Of a stretch of DNA of 64,000 nt, positions 29,715 to 39,360 are shown piece after piece (within the stretch, counting starts at the first letter, position 1; each line of letters opens with the position of its first letter). A model generated the notes under the pieces. It was given only the letters and a program-made list of their open reading frames with translations. It made no database searches and was not told the DNA's origin. This DNA is from Candidatus Woesebacteria bacterium. GTDB taxonomy: Bacteria > Patescibacteriota > Microgenomatia > UBA8517. Where the stretch lies: the NCBI GenBank assembly GCA_016432365.1, contig CP066686.1, forward strand, positions 192,355 through 256,354. Reading direction: 5' to 3'. Both the position numbers and the translations under genes were made by a program.

Positions 29715-30064
29715 CTCGGTATTGCGTTTTTAACGGCAGACATTAAGTTGTTTCTGGCAACCTGAGACTGTCTGGCATACACGGTTGGAACATCTGCCTC
29801 CTCGATTCCCGCGTTTATCCTATCATTCAAATAAACAACTAATTTGGGAGGAAAATTTTCAGGAGTGGCGTGTTTCATGATTACCTGTAACATATAACTC
29901 TCTCGAGGCTCAAGATCCAAGCCTTGCATTTTTATACCCCGATTAAAAAGTTCTTGAGCAAAATTGACGTCTCTGTCTTCAGGTATTTCTATTTCCATTT
30001 CCAGGGCAATCTGAGCAAGCACAGAATAGTTTGCTTCCGGGAAGGCTGTTTCTCTTTCTTTCAT
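29711..30064 (-). CDS. Hypothetical protein
   Basis: ORF with ATGA overlap into the next gene. Confidence 0.5.
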   Translation of the reverse strand: MKERETAFPEANYSVLAQIALEMEIEIPEDRDVNFAQELFNRGIKMQGLDLEPRESYMLQVIMKHATPENFPPKLVVYLNDRINAGIEEADVPTVYARQSQVARNNLMSAVKNAIPR

Positions 30065-30097
30065 TCCGGCCTTATGATATCAGCTTGTTTTAGAATG

Positions 30098-30451
30098 TCA
30101 AAATTTGAATGAATAGTACATTTCGATACAAATCACGATTGCAGTTATTAAAATCAAATTTAATACATTCCCAACTCCTAAATAGAGAAGGGTGAGGAAT
30201 AAAGTTGATGCAATAGTTGTAACCATTCCGCGCCTACTGTCGGCAAACAAAAGCGAAAAAGTAAAAAGAAGAGTAAAGAAAGCTACAATAAAAAAAAGAG
30301 GTGTTGCGCCAAAAGTTCCCGGATCAACGAAATAAACGATTCCGGCAGTCCCAAGCCACAACAAAATTGTGACCAATAGTGTGGGGAAGAAGTTCTTGCG
30401 CTTTAGTTTTTGCTCCGTATGCCTGATATACTTATGTCGTGGAACTCGCAT
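30098..30451 (-). CDS. Small polytopic membrane protein
   Basis: Four hydrophobic segments; VDP and RRG motifs. Confidence 0.6.
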   Translation of the reverse strand: MRVPRHKYIRHTEQKLKRKNFFPTLLVTILLWLGTAGIVYFVDPGTFGATPLFFIVAFFTLLFTFSLLFADSRRGMVTTIASTLFLTLLYLGVGNVLNLILITAIVICIEMYYSFKF

Positions 30452-31371
30452 TACTCATTATAGTATTAATGGCGCTTGTTGTACTTATATATCTAACCGT
30501 AAACAAGAGACCTTCAAATGAAATAGTTGAGTGGCTTAAGTCAACCAATGTCCGAATGGAAGGACAGAGTAAATCTTTTAACGAAAGGCTGGATGGTGCC
30601 ACCCACACGATGAGCCAATTGCAAAGAAGTTTGGGCGAGATGAGCGAGATTGGAAAAGGAATTCGTACTTTGCAGGATTTTTTGCAGTCTCCAAAACTTC
30701 GCGGTGGCTTGGGAGAGGAGGTTTTAAAAGAAATGATAGGCCAGACTTTTCCTAAAAATGCTTTCCATCTCCAATATGCCTTCAAAAGTGGCGTAAAGGT
30801 GGATGCGGTACTAAAAACCGATGCGGGCCTACTGTGTATCGACTCAAAATTCCCAATGGAAAATTTTAACTTGATGAATAAAGGGGAAACTGAAGCTGAG
30901 AGAAATTTTGCCAAGAAACAATTTATTACCGATGTAAAGAAACATATAGAAGATATAAGTCGTAAATACATCTTGCCGGATGAGGGGACAATGGATTTTG
31001 CCTTAATGTATATTCCGTCCGAAGCGGTTTATTATGAGGCGGTGAATATTCCAGAACTTTCCACCTTTGCCAGAAGAATGCGGGTTTATCCGGTTTCTCC
31101 GAACACCCTATATGCACATCTTCAAGTCCTTCTCCTTTCGTTTGAGGGAAAAGATTTGGAAGCAAAATCCAAAGAAGTGTTTAGGATACTTCGGGCCATT
31201 CAAACGGATTATGGAAAGGTTGAAGAAAATCTTTCTACCCTCCAAAAACATTTGAACAACGCCTACAATATGATGGGGAATGTATTTTCCTCGTTTAACA
31301 TATTGGGACAAAAGATTAGTTCTACTCAGCGACTGGGGGGTAGTCAAAAATCGGATAAAGAATTAAAATAA
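30439..31371 (+). CDS. rmuC: DNA recombination protein RmuC
   Basis: KLRGGLGE, IDSKFP, KYI.P.EGT.DFALMYIPSE and VSPNTL motifs. Confidence 0.9.
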   Translation: MELALLIIVLMALVVLIYLTVNKRPSNEIVEWLKSTNVRMEGQSKSFNERLDGATHTMSQLQRSLGEMSEIGKGIRTLQDFLQSPKLRGGLGEEVLKEMIGQTFPKNAFHLQYAFKSGVKVDAVLKTDAGLLCIDSKFPMENFNLMNKGETEAERNFAKKQFITDVKKHIEDISRKYILPDEGTMDFALMYIPSEAVYYEAVNIPELSTFARRMRVYPVSPNTLYAHLQVLLLSFEGKDLEAKSKEVFRILRAIQTDYGKVEENLSTLQKHLNNAYNMMGNVFSSFNILGQKISSTQRLGGSQKSDKELK

Positions 31372-31376
31372 CAGTT

Positions 31377-32612
31377 ATGGATATAGGAAACTATTTAGAC
31401 GAGATTAAAAAAGAGGAGGCAAGAAATAAAGAATTTCTTCATTTGACGGCAAACGAAAACCAGCTATCCAAGACAGCGAGGATGTTTCTTGGGTCGAAGC
31501 TAAGCGAACGTTATTTTTTTGGTCCAGGAAATGGAAGTGGTATAGTTGAGGCGGGGTCTTTCGTGGGATTAGGCTTAAAAAGTGTTAATGATATTATTGT
31601 TGCGGCAAAAGAAGCTGCGAAAGACATGCTTCATGCGGCCGATGTTAATTTAAATGTACTTTCCGGGGTTCACGCCATGATGTCATCAATCCTTTCGACA
31701 ACAAATCCTGGTGACGTGGTTATGACTGTTCCCCATGAATACGGAGGGCATTTTGCTACCGAGGGAATTCTCGAAAGAACGGGTAGGAAGCATGTATTTG
31801 CAGATTTTAATATGAGCACGCTTAGTTTTGATGTAGAAAAAATAGCTAATAAATTTGAAGAAAGTAACGCAAAAGCACTTTACCTCGACGTCTCTTATTA
31901 CCTTAACCCTCATAATTTAAGAGAAATTAGAAGAGCGATAGGGGAAGACCCGATTATTATTTATGATGCCAGCCACACAATGGGTTTAATAATGGGGCAG
32001 CGGTTCCAATCGCCATTAGAAGAAGGAGCAAACGTAATTAGTGCAAATACCCACAAGACTCTTCCAGGTCCGCATAAAGGAATGGTGGCATTTAGAGATA
32101 AAGAACTTGCGGACAAAGCAAACGCAATAATTGATGGGTCACTTTATTCTACTCCCCATACAACGCACCTAATTGCCCTCTCGACGACGATATTGGAAAT
32201 GAAGGAGTTCGGCCAAGCTTTCGCGGAACAAATTATTTCCAACTCAAATGCAATAGGACAGGCTTTTGAAAGTTTGGGCTATGATGTGAGAAAAGCAAAC
32301 ACAGGTCGATACTCAGAAAACCATCAGGCACATGTTTTTATAGACAATAAAGGTGATCACTTAGATCTGTACAAGAACTTGATTAATAACAATATCATTA
32401 CCAATTTTGAGGGAGAAGAATTGAGTGGTGGCAGGTGGTTTATTAGAGTGGGAACGCAGGAAATAACCCGACGTGGAATGAAGGAAACTGAAATGGCTCA
32501 AATTGCTAACCTTGTGGACAGGGCGATGAAAGGATTAAATGTAAAAGATGAAGTTTTAGCAATAAATAAAAATTTTCCAAATATTTTTTTCTCTTTCGAT
32601 AAAGATGAATAA
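31377..32612 (+). CDS. Divergent SHMT-fold PLP enzyme (GlyA-like / threonine transaldolase-like)
   Basis: LTANEN, GGHF, YDASHTMGL, THKTLPGPHKG and RVGTQEITRRG motifs. Confidence 0.75.
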   Translation: MDIGNYLDEIKKEEARNKEFLHLTANENQLSKTARMFLGSKLSERYFFGPGNGSGIVEAGSFVGLGLKSVNDIIVAAKEAAKDMLHAADVNLNVLSGVHAMMSSILSTTNPGDVVMTVPHEYGGHFATEGILERTGRKHVFADFNMSTLSFDVEKIANKFEESNAKALYLDVSYYLNPHNLREIRRAIGEDPIIIYDASHTMGLIMGQRFQSPLEEGANVISANTHKTLPGPHKGMVAFRDKELADKANAIIDGSLYSTPHTTHLIALSTTILEMKEFGQAFAEQIISNSNAIGQAFESLGYDVRKANTGRYSENHQAHVFIDNKGDHLDLYKNLINNNIITNFEGEELSGGRWFIRVGTQEITRRGMKETEMAQIANLVDRAMKGLNVKDEVLAINKNFPNIFFSFDKDE

Positions 32613-33192
32613 AGTAAAAGTATTGGTAGAAGGATATGCATATCCAAACGGTGACGGTACCTATGCTGCCAGCCCAACATGCACACTGATTGAATCTAAT
32701 GGAAAAAAGTTTTTGGTAGATCCAGGAACAAACCCAGAAAAACTTCTAAAAGCTCTAGAGAAAGAAAATATTGGTGAACATGATTTATCTTTTATTTACA
32801 TAAGTCACTATCATCCTGACCATTGGTTAAACTCACGACTCTTTCCAAACCTGGATATTTACGATGGCGGGATTCGTTGGAGAAACGATTTAGAAATCTT
32901 TCACCAAGGAAAATTACCGGAAGTTGATGTAGAAATATTAAAAACTCCTGGCCATGCTATAGAAGACACATCTCTTTTGATCAGAACTGAAGATGGTGTA
33001 GTTTGCATTTGTCCTGACGTATTTTGGTGGGAAGACGGGAAACAAAAATCGGATAATAGGGATGATTTGTTAAATTTAGAAGACCCGTTTGCTAATGACA
33101 AAGAAGCACTGCTTGTTTCAAGGAAATTGGTTTTGTCAAAAGCAAATTTAATAATTCCCGGACATGGGAAAATGTTTAAAGTTGCCACTTAA
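32605..33192 (+). CDS. Metallo-beta-lactamase fold hydrolase
   Basis: VDPG, SHYHPDH, TPGH and IIPGHG motifs. Confidence 0.85.
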   Translation: MNKVKVLVEGYAYPNGDGTYAASPTCTLIESNGKKFLVDPGTNPEKLLKALEKENIGEHDLSFIYISHYHPDHWLNSRLFPNLDIYDGGIRWRNDLEIFHQGKLPEVDVEILKTPGHAIEDTSLLIRTEDGVVCICPDVFWWEDGKQKSDNRDDLLNLEDPFANDKEALLVSRKLVLSKANLIIPGHGKMFKVAT

Positions 33193-33228
33193 ATACCGTG
33201 CAGTGTTTAAGTGGATGATAAAGGTAAA

Positions 33229-33744
33229 ATGAAAGTAATTTTATACACGGCGACTACTATTAATGGCATGCTTGCAACCAAAGACAACAAAACTCCGTGG
33301 TCGGAAGCCGAATTTAAAAGTTTTTTTGAAAACGTCAGAAAAGCCGGAAATGTGATTGTGGGAAGTAAAACCTTTCCGCTATTTTTAGACACGGACTTTG
33401 AGGATATGGGGGATCCGGTAGTTGTAATCCTGACTAGAGAGAAGAGGGTTGATACAGACAAAGTAAAATATGTCGACTCTCCGCAAAAAGCCTTATCTCT
33501 TTTATCTAATTTGGGGTTTGTGACAGCTCTGATAACCGGGGGTGGTTTGACTAATGGTGCTTTCTTAAAAGAAAATTTAGTCGATGAAATTTATTTAGAT
33601 ATAGAGCCTATGATTTTTCAAGAAGGTATACCGCTTTTTAATCCAGCGCCAAATGAAATAGATTTAAAATTTTTAGATCAAAAGATGCTCAACGAGAATA
33701 CTATTCAACTTCATTATAGCGTGACAAATAAACCAACGATCTAG
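33229..33744 (+). CDS. Dihydrofolate reductase / RibD C-terminal domain protein
   Basis: A.TING, VGSKTF, GGG..NG.FL..NLVDEI and GIPLF motifs. Confidence 0.85.
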   Translation: MKVILYTATTINGMLATKDNKTPWSEAEFKSFFENVRKAGNVIVGSKTFPLFLDTDFEDMGDPVVVILTREKRVDTDKVKYVDSPQKALSLLSNLGFVTALITGGGLTNGAFLKENLVDEIYLDIEPMIFQEGIPLFNPAPNEIDLKFLDQKMLNENTIQLHYSVTNKPTI

Positions 33745-33834
33745 TTGACTTCATGGTTACCAATATATTAAATTAATATAGCGTTACAAAATAGTAACAA
33801 GTTAGTAACAAAGTAGATTGGGGGTGAAATATAT

Positions 33835-34359
33835 ATGGCATTAAGTTCTATAGTTAACGAATTAAAAGACATGATGGTCGCCACACTTAAGGGTGCATCC
33901 GATGTTTTATCTGCCCTTCGCGATGGTGTAAAAACCCAAATAGTTGGAAGCGCTAAAGACGTTTCCGATGTTGTCGCTGCCGGAGTTCTTTCGGCGAAAG
34001 ATGTAGGTATTGCACTTCTCGACGCTGTACACGATACCGTGTCAACTGCGGTTGCAGCTGTTTCAGAAACCGGGGGAGATGTGATTTCAGCTTCCGGTAA
34101 AGCAGTTTCCGGAGCAGTCGTGGCCGCATCTGAAGTAGGAGAAGATGTTGGCAAAGTTGCAGTTTCTGCAGTTGAAGGAGCGATTGAAGCCGTAGGCAAG
34201 GTTGGAAAAGATACAGGTGAAGCTACCAAAGAAGCGGTCACATCTGCGGTGAGAGCTGCAGACGGTATCGGTTCAGAAGCCGGCAAATCTGTAAGAGATG
34301 CATTAAGAGCAACCGCGTCTCTTCCAAAAGACTTAATAGAATCAGCAATCAAAGGCTGA
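33835..34359 (+). CDS. Ala/Val/Gly-rich repetitive amphipathic helical protein
   Basis: Recurring AV.GAV.AASEVG-type units; GGGGTGA Shine-Dalgarno upstream; terminator downstream. Confidence 0.7.
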   Translation: MALSSIVNELKDMMVATLKGASDVLSALRDGVKTQIVGSAKDVSDVVAAGVLSAKDVGIALLDAVHDTVSTAVAAVSETGGDVISASGKAVSGAVVAASEVGEDVGKVAVSAVEGAIEAVGKVGKDTGEATKEAVTSAVRAADGIGSEAGKSVRDALRATASLPKDLIESAIKG

Positions 34360-34373
34360 AACATTTAGATGGA

Positions 34374-34408
34374 CCCTCGCCGGCAAACGATCGTCGGCGG
34401 GGGCTTTT
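34374..34408 (+). terminator. Intrinsic terminator
   Basis: ccctcgccggc...gtcggcgggggc followed by TTTT. Confidence 0.65.
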
Positions 34409-34480
34409 GTGGTAGGCAAAAAAAATAACCAGCATTTCATTTTTTTTGCTTTCAAAAATGAAAGAGGCTGGTTAGAGTTC

Positions 34481-34936
34481 CTACCCTCGGTAGACGGAAC
34501 CCGTGATGTAATCTTGAAGGTTCTGTGCAACCAATTCTTGATAGCGCACAAGAGCGATCAGGACATCTCGCATGGAGACAATACCGACGACCTCACCCTT
34601 GTCAATTACAGGTACGTGACGAAATCCTTTTTCTTTCATCAGTTCCATACAATCGATCAGTTGAGTGCTCGGAGTTATTGTTTCCGGGTTTGCAGTCATC
34701 ACCGCCGATACTTTGATAACACCGGAGTTTACCGACGGGTATTTTGCAACCTTACGGGTGATATCGCGCTCGGTTATGATTCCGAGCAATACCTTCCCTT
34801 CCATCACCAGAAGTGCACCGATGTTTTTTTCTTCCATTAGTGCTACAGCTTCTGAGACCCGAGTTTCCGGACCTACTCTGTAAACGACAGACGGATCCTT
34901 GTGGGTTGCGTTAATCAACGCTGAAACTTGTGTCAT
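34481..34936 (-). CDS. CBS domain pair protein
   Basis: NIGALLV, GIITERD, RHVPV and GIVSMRD motifs; AAGGAG Shine-Dalgarno. Confidence 0.9.
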   Translation of the reverse strand: MTQVSALINATHKDPSVVYRVGPETRVSEAVALMEEKNIGALLVMEGKVLLGIITERDITRKVAKYPSVNSGVIKVSAVMTANPETITPSTQLIDCMELMKEKGFRHVPVIDKGEVVGIVSMRDVLIALVRYQELVAQNLQDYITGSVYRG

Positions 34937-35011
34937 TTTGTTCTCCTTTTTTTTTGCTGATAAAGTGCTTGAGACTCGGATTATATATCACTTTTCTGCT
35001 AAAATGCGACT

Positions 35012-37924
35012 GTGTCCAAAGATATTCCTGATTTGAAGTTAAACAAGGAACAGCAAGAGGCTATAAAGTTCGGTGACGGACCACTTCTTATTATTGCCGG
35101 GGCAGGAACCGGGAAAACCACTGTAATTACAGAGCGTGTAAAACATTTAATAATGACAGGTAAAGCCAAACCTGAGGAAGTATTGGCGCTAACTTTTACG
35201 GAAAAAGGCGCGCGTGAAATGGAGGAAAGAATTGATATCGCTCTTCCTTATGGTTATACACAAATGTGGGTTATGACATTCCATTCTTTCTGTGATCAAA
35301 TTCTTCGTGACAACGCAATTCATATTGGACTATCTCCATCATATAAATTGATGACAGAAGCGCAGGCAATTGATTTGGTCCGTAAAAATCTATTCGAATT
35401 AGATCTCGACTATTTTAGACCACTTGGAAATCCGAATAAGTTTATTGATGGGCTACTTCAACATTTTTCGAGATTACAAGACGAATGTGTGACACCTGGG
35501 GAATATATTGATTGGGTAAAAAGGCAAAAGTCAAAAGTCAAAAGTCAAAATGACAATTTTAAAGTAAAAAGTATAAAAGATTTAGAACAACAGAAGATAC
35601 AAGAATTGGCCAGCGCTTATAAAAAATATTGCGAACTAAAAATAAAAGAGAATGTGATGGATTTCGGCGACCTCATCACAAATACTATAAAACTTTTTAG
35701 AGAGCGAACAAATATTCTTAAAATTTATCAGGATAAATTTAAATACGTTTTGATTGATGAATTCCAAGATACGAACTTCGCACAAAACCAGTTGGCGATT
35801 CTTCTTGCAGGGAAAAATGCAAATATTACTGCTGTTGGAGATGACGATCAGTCGATTTATCGTTTTCGTGGAGCGGCGGTAAGTAACATCATTCAATTTA
35901 GAAAAACTTTTCCAAAAACAAAGATTGTAGTGTTAACAAAAAATTACCGTTCGAGTCAGGAAATATTAGATAGGGCATACGATTTAATCCAGCACAATAA
36001 TCCTGATAGGTTGGAAGTGGTGGAGGGTGTCAATAAGAAATTAGTAGCTAGTAATAAGCAGCTAGTAGTTAGAAAAAACAATATAGAGTTTTTTCATACA
36101 GGAAATGTGGGTGATGAAGCAGTTAGAGTGGTTGAAGAAATATCAAAATTAACAAATCCTAACTACAAACTACGTGCTACTGGCTACAACTTTTCAGATA
36201 TCGCCATATTGGTTCGAGCTAACAATCATGCCGATCCATTTATTCGGGAACTGGAAAGGCGGGGGATACCGAACCAATTTTTGGGTCCTTCGAATTTATT
36301 TGAAAAAGAAGAAGTAATGGACCTTATATCTTATCTTAAAGTTTTATATAACCCGGAAGATTCAGAATCTTTTTACAGATTATTATCATCCGACATTTTT
36401 GATATGTCTCCATTGGAATTAATTAAAATATCATCCGCTGCCAAAAAGAGAAGCCTTTCGATTTTTGAAATTGCCACAGAATCAGAGAGTGAACAAATCA
36501 AAAAACTGTTATCAATTATCGATAAACATCTCAAAGTAATTAAGAAACAAACAGCTGGGGAGATTATTTACAATTACATTCAAGAAGTCGGTCTTCTTTC
36601 CAAGTTGATAGAAAACTCGGAGGACATTAAAGCAAAAAATATAGCCAAGTTTTTTGAAAAAATTAAATCGTACGAGGACGAAAACAAAAACGCAGGAGTT
36701 ACGGCCGTCGTAGACTATATAGATTTACTGATTGAAGTGGGGGAGAGCCCCAATGTTACGGACGGTGATTGGCAGGAAAACAATGCAGTAAATATTCTGA
36801 CAGTTCATTCTTCGAAAGGCCTTGAATTTCCGGTCGTGTTTTTGGTTAATTTGGTGGGGGAGAGATTTCCAGGACGCGAACGTCATGAACAAATTCCAAT
36901 TCCACAGGAATTGATAAAAGAAGTTTTACCACAAGGGGATTTTCATTTGCAGGAAGAAAGGCGACTTTTTTACGTCGGCATGACGAGAGCGAAAGAAAAA
37001 CTTTTTTTTAGTGCTGCGGATTTCTACGGTGAGGCAAAAAGGAAAAAGAAAATAAGCCCGTTCGTTGTTGAGGCGCTTGGCGACTCACGGAATCTCCAAT
37101 CTCCAATCTCCAATCTCCAATCAATTTCCAATTATCAAATTATTAAATCGGAAAAGTCGGAACAAAAAAAGGACAAGATAAAAATTGATTACTTGTCAGT
37201 TTCTCAGATTGAAACATTTCAAACATGTCCGTTACACTATAAATTGAAATATATTTATAAACTTCCTACAAAACCTTCGGCGTCAAGTAGTTTTGGTGTA
37301 TCGATACATGAGACTCTTAAAAAATTTTACATGAACCCGCCTTCGCACAAGGCTTCGGCGAGGCTTTCGGAACAACTACTATTATATTTGTATAAGGAGT
37401 CGTTCCTGCAGGAAGGGTATTTAAATAAAAAACATAAAAAAGAGTTTTACAAGAAGGGAGAGTCATATCTTCAAGGCTTTTTAAAAAATGGGTATAACCC
37501 AAAAACAAAAACTGTTTTATTAGAAGAAAAATTTATTTTACCGATCGATTCGACTTTAAAAATCGGTGGCACAGTAGACAGGGTTGATAAATTACCGAAC
37601 GGAAGACTTGAAATCATCGATTACAAAACAGGGGCAAGCATTCCGACGCAAAAAGAAGTGGATAAAGATCTGCAGCTTTCTTTTTACGCGCTGGCAATGA
37701 GTTCTATCCGCAAAATTAATCCGGAAGAAATTAAACTTTCACTTTATTATTTGGATACTCAGGAAAAAATTTCTACAACCAGGACAGTGAAAGATCTGGA
37801 AAAAGTAAAAGAAGAAATTTTAGAAATTCGAGACGAAATCGAAAGTTCGGACTTCAAATGCAACAACAACTTTTTTTGTCAGGGAAAATGTGAGTTCTCA
37901 ATGTTTTGTAAATCAGACGAGTAG
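35012..37924 (+). CDS. UvrD/PcrA-type helicase fused to a C-terminal PD-(D/E)XK nuclease
   Basis: AGAGTGKT, DEFQD, GDDDQSIY, KGLEF and EERRLFYV; C-terminal CP, GTVDRVD, IIDYKTG, QL..Y and Cys cluster. Confidence 0.9.
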   Translation: MSKDIPDLKLNKEQQEAIKFGDGPLLIIAGAGTGKTTVITERVKHLIMTGKAKPEEVLALTFTEKGAREMEERIDIALPYGYTQMWVMTFHSFCDQILRDNAIHIGLSPSYKLMTEAQAIDLVRKNLFELDLDYFRPLGNPNKFIDGLLQHFSRLQDECVTPGEYIDWVKRQKSKVKSQNDNFKVKSIKDLEQQKIQELASAYKKYCELKIKENVMDFGDLITNTIKLFRERTNILKIYQDKFKYVLIDEFQDTNFAQNQLAILLAGKNANITAVGDDDQSIYRFRGAAVSNIIQFRKTFPKTKIVVLTKNYRSSQEILDRAYDLIQHNNPDRLEVVEGVNKKLVASNKQLVVRKNNIEFFHTGNVGDEAVRVVEEISKLTNPNYKLRATGYNFSDIAILVRANNHADPFIRELERRGIPNQFLGPSNLFEKEEVMDLISYLKVLYNPEDSESFYRLLSSDIFDMSPLELIKISSAAKKRSLSIFEIATESESEQIKKLLSIIDKHLKVIKKQTAGEIIYNYIQEVGLLSKLIENSEDIKAKNIAKFFEKIKSYEDENKNAGVTAVVDYIDLLIEVGESPNVTDGDWQENNAVNILTVHSSKGLEFPVVFLVNLVGERFPGRERHEQIPIPQELIKEVLPQGDFHLQEERRLFYVGMTRAKEKLFFSAADFYGEAKRKKKISPFVVEALGDSRNLQSPISNLQSISNYQIIKSEKSEQKKDKIKIDYLSVSQIETFQTCPLHYKLKYIYKLPTKPSASSSFGVSIHETLKKFYMNPPSHKASARLSEQLLLYLYKESFLQEGYLNKKHKKEFYKKGESYLQGFLKNGYNPKTKTVLLEEKFILPIDSTLKIGGTVDRVDKLPNGRLEIIDYKTGASIPTQKEVDKDLQLSFYALAMSSIRKINPEEIKLSLYYLDTQEKISTTRTVKDLEKVKEEILEIRDEIESSDFKCNNNFFCQGKCEFSMFCKSDE

Positions 37925-38266
37925 TTATTTGAAAGCAACCATGCTGATTTCTACTTCAGCACCGAGAGGAAGTTCTTTGACGCAGACAACTTCACGGGCG
38001 GGGTAGGGCTCTGATAAATATGTGGCGTAAACCTCATTTACTTTTCCATAACTTGCCATGTCTATTACATAAATTGTTGTTTTGACAACATTGGTGAAAG
38101 ATGTTCCAGCTTCTTTCAAAATCCCATCTAAATTTCTCATCACTTGGTGAACTTTCTCTTCCACAGTCCCTTCGAGAAGTTTTCCTTCTGGGGTTAAGTA
38201 AACCTGACCGGAGGTATAAATCAACCCGTTTGCCTCTCTGAATTTAGAAATTGGTACTCCGGCCAT
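37925..38266 (-). CDS. RidA/YjgF family protein
   Basis: YTSGQ, VVKTTIY, NEVY, PARE and LPLGAEVEI motifs. Confidence 0.88.
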   Translation of the reverse strand: MAGVPISKFREANGLIYTSGQVYLTPEGKLLEGTVEEKVHQVMRNLDGILKEAGTSFTNVVKTTIYVIDMASYGKVNEVYATYLSEPYPAREVVCVKELPLGAEVEISMVAFK

Positions 38267-38300
38267 ACGATTATTTTACTACCCCTGTATTTAAAAGCAA

Positions 38301-39245
38301 TTATTTTGAGGCTAAGAATGGAAATCTAAACTTGGTATAACATCCAGGGTAGGGTACATCGTGGCCTCCAAAAGAGCGTTTAAAATGGGTAAAACCCAAC
38401 CAACTTTTGTTAGGAAAGCGTTCATCGTAAACACCTTCAAAGTCGAAAACTTTACAACCCATCTTTTTAGCCCATAGTATACCTTGATAGAGGAGGGAGT
38501 ACTGGGAGAGGGAAGTGCGGCCTTCTTTATTTGTAAATCCATACCAATAATATGTGATATAGTTTGATACATCGTGTGAAGATATCGTGAAAAGCGCTCC
38601 ACCTATAATTCTGCTAGAAATATTGTGCGACGCAAGGAAAAGGGAGTGGTTTTGTGGAAAACTTTTTTTTATATTTAAAAGTTGTTCGGCGCTTGGTACA
38701 TATCTATCAAAATTAACAGAATTTTTCCATGCTTCGCGCCATTTTTCAATTTCTGCGGGGGTTGAATAAGACGAAATATAAAACCCCCCTACTCCCTTGC
38801 CGGCCATAGCTTTAGCGACGGCTGGCCCCGTTGGCTCGCCGCCCACGAAGTGATGCACTCTGCTAACAGCTAAGGCGGCTTTTCGGACCGCATACTTACA
38901 ATCTTTTGTAAAATTTGCGTAAATTTTTTCTTTTGACTGGGTTAAGTCGATTTGTAGCGTTTTAGACGGTAAATACGGGCTTTTTGATAGTTTGTAGCCT
39001 TGTATTACTAATAATTTAGCCTGAATTTCATCTTGAGGCTCTACAATTATCTGAAAGACTTTGTATCTATGTAGTAATACACTGATACAACCAAAATCGA
39101 CTTTTTCAGGTCTCTGGAGTTTCAAAATCGACCCAACCAACGGAAGTTTGCGAATAAAATAGTTTGTATTGTTAATTCGTTCAACAACCCAACCCTCAGA
39201 TGACAGATAGTTAGCGTAATTCTTTGTTTGTCGGATATCTGTCAT
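38301..39245 (-). CDS. FemAB-like (GNAT) peptidoglycan bridge transferase with internal insertion
   Basis: DIRQ, IDLT, FDFEG and GFTHFKRSFGG motifs. Confidence 0.75.
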   Translation of the reverse strand: MTDIRQTKNYANYLSSEGWVVERINNTNYFIRKLPLVGSILKLQRPEKVDFGCISVLLHRYKVFQIIVEPQDEIQAKLLVIQGYKLSKSPYLPSKTLQIDLTQSKEKIYANFTKDCKYAVRKAALAVSRVHHFVGGEPTGPAVAKAMAGKGVGGFYISSYSTPAEIEKWREAWKNSVNFDRYVPSAEQLLNIKKSFPQNHSLFLASHNISSRIIGGALFTISSHDVSNYITYYWYGFTNKEGRTSLSQYSLLYQGILWAKKMGCKVFDFEGVYDERFPNKSWLGFTHFKRSFGGHDVPYPGCYTKFRFPFLASK

Positions 39246-39360
39246 AAATTCGAAATTACAAATAACAAATTCGAAACAATATCTAAATTTCTAAGTTTTA
39301 AATATTCAGACATTAATATTTTGAATTTGTTTCGGATTTCTGATTTCGTACTTCGAATTT
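39246..39360. repeat. Intergenic long hairpin built from inverted 7-mer tracts
   Basis: aaattcg aaattac aaataac aaattcg aaacaa ... ttgtttcggatttctgatttcgtacttcgaattt. Confidence 0.8.
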
